Shown: one piece after another, positions 1 to 6,815 of the stretch | How the letters are laid out: each line of letters starts with the position of its first letter | Numbering within the stretch: position 1 is the stretch's first letter | DNA from: Verrucomicrobiota bacterium | Lineage (GTDB): Bacteria > Verrucomicrobiota > Verrucomicrobiia > Limisphaerales > CANJXF01 | DNA: 17,559 nucleotides | Assembly (NCBI GenBank): GCA_038214755.1 | Contig: JBBQRQ010000106.1 | Location: 1 to 17,559, forward strand | Direction: 5' to 3' | Notes under the pieces: model-generated | The model's database searches: none | What the model was told of the DNA's origin: nothing | Seen by the model: the letters and a program-made list of their open reading frames with translations, nothing else | Made by a program: the position numbers and the translations under genes

Positions 1-246
1 ATCAAAGCCTTTTACGGCACGAGCCAGAACGCGGTGCGCACCCAAATCTGGAGTGCCATCGCCGTTTACCTGCTCGTCGCCATTTTGAAAAAGCGTCTGC
101 ATCTGCCTTCCAGTCTCTACACCATTCTACAGATTTTGAGCCTCACACTTTTCGAGAAAACGCCCATTTCACAGGCCCTTGCTCAACTGCCGCCACCCTC
201 GGAATCGCTCGACCCTCGATATCACCCGTGTTTACCGGGCTTTTAA
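1..246 (+). CDS. IS4-family DDE transposase, C-terminal fragment (5'-partial)
   Basis: Frame 1 is open from base 1: IKAFYGTSQNAVRTQIWSAIAVYLLVAILKKRLHL...SLYTILQILSLTLFEKTPI, a typical IS4-family transposase C-terminus. Stop TAA is at 244-246. Confidence 0.9.
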   Translation: MKAFYGTSQNAVRTQIWSAIAVYLLVAILKKRLHLPSSLYTILQILSLTLFEKTPISQALAQLPPPSESLDPRYHPCLPGF

Positions 247-260
247 ACCGGACAGTAGTG
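1..260 (+). mobile_element. Right end of an IS4-family insertion sequence (3' part of transposase plus right terminal inverted repeat), truncated by the window start
   Basis: The transposase C-terminus is followed by TTTTAAACCGGACAGTAGTG (241-260), whose reverse complement CACTACTGTCCGG resembles IS4-family ends. Similarity to the PEP-CTERM paralogs begins abruptly at 261. Confidence 0.85.
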
Positions 261-546
261 ATACTGAGTAACTACCTTGAAGAGGTTTGAAACCTGAATT
301 GGTATTATGGAAAGAAATGGATGCTGAACTAATGGCAAAGCTGTTGTAGATCACGGTGCTTACTTGATTTCCGCGTATATAGCCGGCCCAACCCGGCAAG
401 GCATTTGTAATTGGCACGTGGAAAAACTGGTCGCGTGTTAATGGCAAAATCGGTGATTCGAAATTTAGATTTACGAACGAACCTTGGGAAAAACCCGGCT
501 GCGCGGAAATTAGAAAAATCGCGATGATGACCGTGCCAACTTTCAT
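261..546 (-). pseudogene. PEP-CTERM-family secreted protein paralog 3, N-terminal half, interrupted by the IS4 element
   Basis: A signal peptide is followed by FVNLNFESPILPLTRDQFFHVPITNALPGW...LQGSYSV, closely matching 1218..1886. After YSV the frame runs into the IS terminal repeat (SLLSGLKAR*). Confidence 0.85.
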
Positions 547-1221
547 GGCTTTCTTTTCAAGCTTGCTTTGGCAGCGCCGAATAAAAGAACTCCGCAGCCA
601 AGCAATGAATAAATGTTTGGTTCAGGAATAGGCTGGGGGGAAAACACAATATTATCCAAAAACAGTGAGCCTCCGGGAACTGTAAATCGCAGCTCATTAA
701 CGTTTCCGGCGAACGTAGTGATGTCCGCTCCAAAAAGAGTATAATGAGGTGCTGAGTAAAGGGATAAGGCTAAGCGTCACTCCACCCAGACCGACTTGAA
801 AGTTTCCACCGCGTCCCCTGAACAGAAGCGATTGAGCGTTCAATGGCACGAGTCCCATCTGGCTCAACGACGCCTCGACTAACGTCCCGGGCGGATAACC
901 ATCCACAGTCAACCCAAACTTGGCTTGGATAAACGCGCTGTAATTTCCTCCAATGGGTCTCATAGGAGAAGCTATCCCGTGTATTCCCAACCCGGTTGAG
1001 TCCAGGAAAATATTATTATACAAGGCTCGAGTCTGAACATTCGTGCCGACATATCCTGTCCAACCCGCCAGCGCCGGGCCAAACTGGACTCGATTATAGG
1101 GATCACCTGGAATGGAAATAGTCACAGCCGACTCGAAATTTAGATTCGCAAAGGAACTTTGAGAAAAAGCGCGTGGGGCGGCAAACAGGAGACTCGCAAT
1201 GATTGCAGGGCAAAGTTTCAT
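543..1221 (-). pseudogene. PEP-CTERM-family secreted protein paralog 2, frameshifted near 743-746
   Basis: ORF 697..1221 has a signal peptide and NLNFES...ALAGWTGYVG. The frame shifted by one continues YTLFGADITTFAGNVNELRFTVPGGSLFLDNIVFSPQPIPEPNIYSLLGCGVLLFGAAKASLKRKP* and ends at TGA 543-545, overlapping the next ATG. The total of 679 nt is not a multiple of 3. Confidence 0.85.
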
Positions 1222-1886
1222 TGTTTTCTTTTCAACGTTGCTCGAGCAGCGCCGAGTAAAAGAAGCCCGCAGCCGAGCAATGAATAGATGTTTGGTTCTG
1301 GAACTATTGTGGTGGAGAGACGTATTCCGTCCAATAAGGTGCTCGCGCGCGAAGCGAACCGCAATTCGCCAGTTTGTCCGGCCAAAGTAGAAATGTCGGC
1401 GGCGAATGTGGAATAGTTATTGGATCGTGACAACTCGAAATAAGAAATGGATTGACCAGCGAATGTAACTAGTGGGCCCGGGAAAATGTTATCGAACTGG
1501 GCCAGGAAGAATAAAGAATGGATAGTGGAACTGACTTGACCCACTTGACCGATGGCTGCGTCCCCCCCTTGACCACTTTGTAAAAACACAGAATAACTGC
1601 CTTGTAGAGGAGTGAAGTAGGGTGAGCCTGTGTCCTGTAGCGAAATAGCGGCTGCACTCAGCGCGAAGGTATTATAACCGATACGGTTTACTTGGTTCCC
1701 ACCGATGTATCCCGTCCAGCCGGGCAGAGCATTTGTGATTGGCACTTGGAAAAACTGGTCGCGTGTTAATGGCAAAATCGGTGATTCGAAGTTTAAGTTT
1801 ACAAAGATGCCTTGTGAAAAACTAGTAAGGCGGGCGAAAAGAATCATCCAACCTATGGCAAAAAACCGATTTCTATTCGTATTCAT
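1218..1886 (-). CDS. PEP-CTERM sorting-domain protein (intact paralog 1)
   Basis: N-terminal signal peptide. The C-terminal VPEP motif is followed by a hydrophobic helix (NIYSLLGCGLLLLGAA) and a basic tail (RATLKRKQ). ATGA overlap with the next gene. Confidence 0.9.
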   Translation of the reverse strand: MNTNRNRFFAIGWMILFARLTSFSQGIFVNLNFESPILPLTRDQFFQVPITNALPGWTGYIGGNQVNRIGYNTFALSAAAISLQDTGSPYFTPLQGSYSVFLQSGQGGDAAIGQVGQVSSTIHSLFFLAQFDNIFPGPLVTFAGQSISYFELSRSNNYSTFAADISTLAGQTGELRFASRASTLLDGIRLSTTIVPEPNIYSLLGCGLLLLGAARATLKRKQ

Positions 1887-1892
1887 ATTTTC

Positions 1893-4800
1893 CTATTTCA
1901 CAATTAAAGGATCTCCGACCGCCTGGAAGAAAGGAGTGATTCTCGACTGCCATGCGCACGTAACGAAGTTCTTTTCAGCGGCCCATAGGCCAAAATAAAT
2001 ATACGCATCATTTACGCCTGGCAATTGCGGTTCCTCCACATGGGTGACCGCTCCAACCGGGGTATTGGAATAGTTAGTGCCGCCGAATGCATTAGAGGAA
2101 AACCAGCGGGTAAAATTTCCTTGATTTGAGATACGCAATCCATTGTCGGACTCAATTGTTTGAATGATCCACCATTTACTACTTCCGTGCCAGTGAACTA
2201 CTCCGTTGGTTGCGTAATCAGCTTGGAGGGAACTGTGTTCACCCCAACAAATATAGCCAGCCACGTTAGTAATGCCGGTAAGGTGAGGAAGAAAGGAATA
2301 AACTATGTTGGTGCCTGCATTGGTTCCTGTCTCAAGTCCGTCCGCATAAATAATTGCATTAGGCGAAATGCCGTTTGCGATCAAGCCATTGGTCGCCACT
2401 GATACTGTGCTTCCCCCCGCTGAAAAGTTGCAATTACTACAGATGCCTGCACCATATCGGATATTGTCCACAACGAAATTAGTATTCCCATAATCTCCAG
2501 CGCTGATAATAACTTTCCCCGGCGAATAAGTAGTTCCGATATATTCGAGCTTGTCGATGTAGCCTTTGCAATCGTTCGTGCCACCCATATTGATGTGCGT
2601 CACATACGGTTTGATGCCGGGCGTCTGATCTCGCAGCCGGACGCTTAAACTGGTTCCATTGTTATTGTCTGCTGAGTGAACACGCGTAGCGACATCAAGA
2701 AATACCACAATGTATTCTGGGTGTTTCGTGGGGTTCTGGTTCAGCCAACTCAGATAAGGGTTAAGCATATCATTGGTGAAGGTGACGCCGTCGATTATCT
2801 CGTTCGTAGGACAGTCGAGTCCCAAAACATTGGCGTTGGCAACCATAGGTCGATGCGCCAGATAGTAGTCCTTCACAAAAGTACTGTCAGCGGAATTCGT
2901 ATTGTAGATAAGGAGCAATTCTTTCGAGACATCGACCGGGTATTGCACCAGCGGCGAAAATAGCGCGGCCAACGCGTGGCTTCCCCCTGACGCAATAATT
3001 TTCACCGGCGGGAGATTGGTGATCACGTTCGTTTGTCCGCTGCTATTGCCGCCCCACGCGATGACCGTTCCATTATTTCTTAAAGCAACGCTGAAATCAT
3101 TTCCGGCCGCGATGGCCATCGCGTTGGTCAGATCAGCAGGAACATCGGTGCGCGATCCCCACGAAATAACGTGTCCGTCTTTACGCAGCGCGAGCGCGTG
3201 AAAAGTTCCCGCCGCAACAGCGACAACATTGCTCGCCGCCACCGGCACATTGGTTTGCCCCAAATCATTATTGCCCCAGGCGGCAATCGTTTCATTGCTC
3301 CGCAACGCCAGACAAAAATTTGTTCCCGCCGCAATCGCTATCGCGTTCGTTAAATTGGAGGGAATCGTCCCGAACGTGTTTCCCCAGTTGGTCACTGTCC
3401 CATTGCTCCGCAATGCCATGCTCTGGTTTCCGCCTGCCGCAATGGCCGTGGCGTTGTTGAGTCCGGTGGGCCCATTGGTCTGGCCGTCATTATTCCTTCC
3501 CCACGCCACCACCGTTCCGTCGCTGCGCAAAGCCAGACTGTGATTGTTTCCCGCAGCCACAGAGAGCGCATTGGTTAATCCTGATGGAACATTTGTTTCT
3601 CCAAAGTTCGATCCACCCCACGCAAAAACATTTCCTTCCTCGGCCACGGCCAGACAATGTGTTGCACCGCCCGCGATGGAAACCGTGTTGGTCAATTCCA
3701 GTGGGCGTTCAAATTGTCCGTAGTTGTTCGTTCCCCAAACGGCCACGGAACCTGGACTCATCATCCTTACGGTCCAAACTGAACTCGTGGCTCTTCCTGC
3801 AATGTTCGACACGATCACCCAATACTGCCCTTCACTCGCCGGGCTGCCCGCAAAAAGCGAGAGGTTAGACATGCTTAAGAACAAACTGTTGGTTTGACCG
3901 TTGTGGAACCAATCATAATGGAATGACGCGAATGTTGAACCTTGCGCAGTAACGATGACGCTCAAAAGCTGGTTGCTAAATTGAGGAACCCAAATGTTTT
4001 GGAGTGTCGTCGGAAACATAATCACGGGCGGACCGACCAAGGCCAGTTGCGCTTCTTCGCTCACGGTCGTTCCCGCGCCATTGCTCACGAACACGCGATA
4101 GTATCCTTGACTGTTTGACTGCACGTTACTGATGACCAGCATGATGTTAGTCGCACCGATAATGTTCGTACCGTCTTTCTGCCATTGATAAGATGGTTCG
4201 CGACGACTGGATGCCCGCACTCGAAACGTCACACTTCCTCCCGCAGCCGCGCCTTGCGATTTAGGTTGAGAAACAATGATCGGGGTCAGGATGCCTTGTC
4301 GCACGGCAAAGGCATGGGCCGGTCCCGCCGCAATTTTTTTAACTTGATCCAACCCCGCTGGAATTCCCGGCAAACCAAGACCCCAGCCAATGACAGTTCC
4401 GTCCGCTCGCAAGGCCAGCGTGTAACCGCGTCCCGCTGCGATGGAAACTGCGTTCGACAAACCCGTCGGCACATTCGTTTCGCCGCCCGCATTGTTGCCC
4501 CACGCCACCACGGTTCCATTCCCGCGCAGCGCGACGCTGTGCAGCGCGCCGACCGAAATCGCCGCCACATCAGCAAGGCCACTTGGCACGTTCGTTAGAT
4601 TCCAGTTCAACGATTGAGCGTTCAATCCCCACGCCGTGATTGTTCCATTGCTGCGCAACGCCACGTTATGATTCCAACCCGCGCCAATCGCTTTCACATT
4701 ATTCAAACCTGCTGGCACTTCGTTGGCCGGACTGTTCGAGCGTCCCCAACTCAGAACGGTTCCATTCATCTTCAACGCCAACAGATGTTGATAGCCCGCT

Positions 4801-6485
4801 GAAATCTCCACGACGTTTGTCGCGCCAGAAGGAATGTTCGTGAAGCTGCGTCCCCATTGCGCAACGGTTCCATCGGATTTCAACGCGGCGCTCTGATCGC
4901 CGCCAGCAACCACCGCCACGACGTTGGAAAGATTGAACGGAGTATTCGTTTGCCCAAAATAATTTGCGCCCCACGCAGTAACTGTTCGTTGCGGCATTAA
5001 GACCAGCGTATGACCACCGGCACTAGCGCTGCCGCCACCAGCCATACTGGTGACCGGACCGAATCCCCAGGGAACCGTGCTCTCGCCGTCAAGATTATCG
5101 CCCCAGATCACGAGCATGTTGTCGAAGGGATTGGTGTTGCCTTGATATTCTTGGAGGTTCGTGAGTCCGTCGTCATCGGGATCTTCGCTGGCATCGTCGA
5201 CCAGCGGATTCAATCCATGTTGCACTTCCCAACCATCAGGAATTCCGTCGTTGTCTGTGTCCGCTGAATTCGCGTCAGTCTTGCTCGAAAGTAGCTCGTA
5301 TGCCGTGGAGATTCCGTCGCCATCCGGGTCAATTGTTGAATCGCCCAAAACGTAAAATGCGTACTCGGCCGGTTGATTGGTGAAAATGTAGCTGTTGCAG
5401 GTGTAGCCTCGTTCCAGCCATATCCAGTTTCCATTCGTGATGCTGTCACCCACGAGATGCGTCGCCATAAAAATGTCATAAATCCCATTGGTGCCGCCGA
5501 CGATATCAAAGGTAACAGTGGAACTTCCGTTTGTGCTAAACGTGCAAAAAATGTTCGTAATGTAAACTGGCCCATTGGTTGGACAATTTTCGATAATACC
5601 ATTCATACGATATGCTTCGTGTGATTCCGATTCCAACAACTGAGATTCCTTTTCCTGCTGTCGTGCTTTCGCGGCCGCTTTCCACTCTGCTTCTTCTTCG
5701 GGGGAAATCGGACCCAAAAACGCCGTTCCGCTCATCGCATCAAAATAAAACGAGTGTTCTTTTTCCGTCAGCGGGCGCGCGAAAAAATAAACTTCATCGA
5801 ACTCTCCGCCCGCCGTGTCCGTTCCCAAAAATGTGCTGCCGATGACAACTCCGCTCGCAGCCGCAGAAGTTCCCGGCACGCCCGAACCTTGCGCCCCCAT
5901 TTTTCCATCAATGAACAATGCGGTGCCGTCCACGCCATAATTGAGCGTCAATAAATGCCATTCATCAGATTGCCACGCGATGTCTGCTTGGAAAAATTTC
6001 GTCGCGCCAAAATCGTTTTGCCCGCTCAGAAAAATCGTCGAACCTTCTTCATCTGTGTAAAGCGACCAGTTCACCGCCAACGAATTATTTTTCAGAACCG
6101 TGAATTCAACCAACCGCGCATTGACTCCCGGCCCGCCGTTTTTCGCGAGCGATGCGCTCGTCCAGTGCGGCTTAAACCAAAAGCGAATCGCTCCATTGCC
6201 ACAAGCCACGTTCGTTTTCCCATTTCCATCCAATGCCGAAATAACGAGTGGCGTCACCGAATCACCACTTCGCGTGAGCGCATAACCCGACCAGCTTTCG
6301 TGAAGTTCGCCGTCGGCAGTTTTGCAAAATTCATTCGTCGCACCCGCATAAAACGGAGCATTGAAGTCCAGCCGATCCAGCACGGCAGCTTCTGGAAATG
6401 GAGGCAGGGGCGGACGGGGACGGGCATGAGCCGGCAATGAAACGATAGACAGACATGCAGCAACGCTCAGGAGTAGAGCTTTCAT
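1893..6485 (-). CDS. Large secreted multidomain surface protein (1530 aa): LamG-like jellyroll, DxDxDG Ca-binding (TSP3-like) repeats, RCC1/BLIP-II repeats, two Ig-like domains, second RCC1 block, C-terminal TIGR03790-like domain
   Basis: Signal peptide MKALLLSVAACLSIVSLPAHA. LamG motifs WHLLTLNY...LFIDG...FDEVYFFARPLT. Acidic repeats DPDGDG/DTDNDGIPDGWE/DPDDDGLTNLQEY. Many AIAAGxxHSLALRSDGTVVAWGxN repeats. Ig motifs YQWQKDG...GYYRVFVSN. The C-terminus runs LLLIYNTNSADS...YYLAHRP...AVGDPL. Confidence 0.88.
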   Translation of the reverse strand: MKALLLSVAACLSIVSLPAHARPRPPLPPFPEAAVLDRLDFNAPFYAGATNEFCKTADGELHESWSGYALTRSGDSVTPLVISALDGNGKTNVACGNGAIRFWFKPHWTSASLAKNGGPGVNARLVEFTVLKNNSLAVNWSLYTDEEGSTIFLSGQNDFGATKFFQADIAWQSDEWHLLTLNYGVDGTALFIDGKMGAQGSGVPGTSAAASGVVIGSTFLGTDTAGGEFDEVYFFARPLTEKEHSFYFDAMSGTAFLGPISPEEEAEWKAAAKARQQEKESQLLESESHEAYRMNGIIENCPTNGPVYITNIFCTFSTNGSSTVTFDIVGGTNGIYDIFMATHLVGDSITNGNWIWLERGYTCNSYIFTNQPAEYAFYVLGDSTIDPDGDGISTAYELLSSKTDANSADTDNDGIPDGWEVQHGLNPLVDDASEDPDDDGLTNLQEYQGNTNPFDNMLVIWGDNLDGESTVPWGFGPVTSMAGGGSASAGGHTLVLMPQRTVTAWGANYFGQTNTPFNLSNVVAVVAGGDQSAALKSDGTVAQWGRSFTNIPSGATNVVEISAGYQHLLALKMNGTVLSWGRSNSPANEVPAGLNNVKAIGAGWNHNVALRSNGTITAWGLNAQSLNWNLTNVPSGLADVAAISVGALHSVALRGNGTVVAWGNNAGGETNVPTGLSNAVSIAAGRGYTLALRADGTVIGWGLGLPGIPAGLDQVKKIAAGPAHAFAVRQGILTPIIVSQPKSQGAAAGGSVTFRVRASSRREPSYQWQKDGTNIIGATNIMLVISNVQSNSQGYYRVFVSNGAGTTVSEEAQLALVGPPVIMFPTTLQNIWVPQFSNQLLSVIVTAQGSTFASFHYDWFHNGQTNSLFLSMSNLSLFAGSPASEGQYWVIVSNIAGRATSSVWTVRMMSPGSVAVWGTNNYGQFERPLELTNTVSIAGGATHCLAVAEEGNVFAWGGSNFGETNVPSGLTNALSVAAGNNHSLALRSDGTVVAWGRNNDGQTNGPTGLNNATAIAAGGNQSMALRSNGTVTNWGNTFGTIPSNLTNAIAIAAGTNFCLALRSNETIAAWGNNDLGQTNVPVAASNVVAVAAGTFHALALRKDGHVISWGSRTDVPADLTNAMAIAAGNDFSVALRNNGTVIAWGGNSSGQTNVITNLPPVKIIASGGSHALAALFSPLVQYPVDVSKELLLIYNTNSADSTFVKDYYLAHRPMVANANVLGLDCPTNEIIDGVTFTNDMLNPYLSWLNQNPTKHPEYIVVFLDVATRVHSADNNNGTSLSVRLRDQTPGIKPYVTHINMGGTNDCKGYIDKLEYIGTTYSPGKVIISAGDYGNTNFVVDNIRYGAGICSNCNFSAGGSTVSVATNGLIANGISPNAIIYADGLETGTNAGTNIVYSFLPHLTGITNVAGYICWGEHSSLQADYATNGVVHWHGSSKWWIIQTIESDNGLRISNQGNFTRWFSSNAFGGTNYSNTPVGAVTHVEEPQLPGVNDAYIYFGLWAAEKNFVTCAWQSRITPFFQAVGDPLIVK

Positions 6486-6509
6486 AGGAATTTTGGTTGT
6501 GCGCGAACT

Positions 6510-6562
6510 ACGACGTGTTGCGGCGTTTCTGTCAATCGAATTATTACGACGTAATGTGCCGT
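6510..6562. promoter_or_regulatory. Divergent promoter with a putative XRE operator pair
   Basis: Two related 17-bp imperfect inverted repeats, ACGACG-N5-CGGCGT (6510-6526) and ACGACG-N5-TGCCGT (6546-6562). Palindrome ATTACG-A-CGTAAT at 6543-6555. A perfect TTGACA lies on the minus strand at 6530-6535 between the two sites. Confidence 0.55.
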
Positions 6563-6791
6563 GCCGTTGGACAAGAAGTCAGAGGGTTGGTTGCGCGAGT
6601 TCGGCGCGAATGTTCGCCGCGAACGGGTCGCAAACGACTTATCTCAGCAGAAGCTTTCAGAACTCGCTGACCTGAGTCTTCGGAATATTCAACGCGTTGA
6701 AGCCGGCGAAATTAACATTCTTCTCACGACCGTTATCCGTATTCAACGGGCCTTGGAGTGTGCCTCGGAAAGACTGATTCCGCGAAAGTGA
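6561..6791 (+). CDS. XRE-family helix-turn-helix transcriptional regulator (76 aa)
   Basis: FGANVRRERVANDLSQQKLSELADLSLRNIQRVEAGEINILLTTVIRIQRAL is a classic Cro/CI-type HTH. GTG start, divergent from the giant gene. Confidence 0.9.
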   Translation: MPLDKKSEGWLREFGANVRRERVANDLSQQKLSELADLSLRNIQRVEAGEINILLTTVIRIQRALECASERLIPRK

Positions 6792-6815
6792 AATTCATGG
6801 CTGCATCCCTTGCAA

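Noticed and set aside
398..1802. Near-identical blocks as a DGR template/variable repeat pair
   Set aside because: Both copies are coding, the mismatches are not adenine-specific, and no reverse transcriptase is present in the window. Paralogy explains them.
2960..5105. Periodic DNA repeats as a CRISPR array
   Set aside because: They are degenerate RCC1 protein repeats within one ORF, with no identical repeat-spacer pattern and no cas genes.
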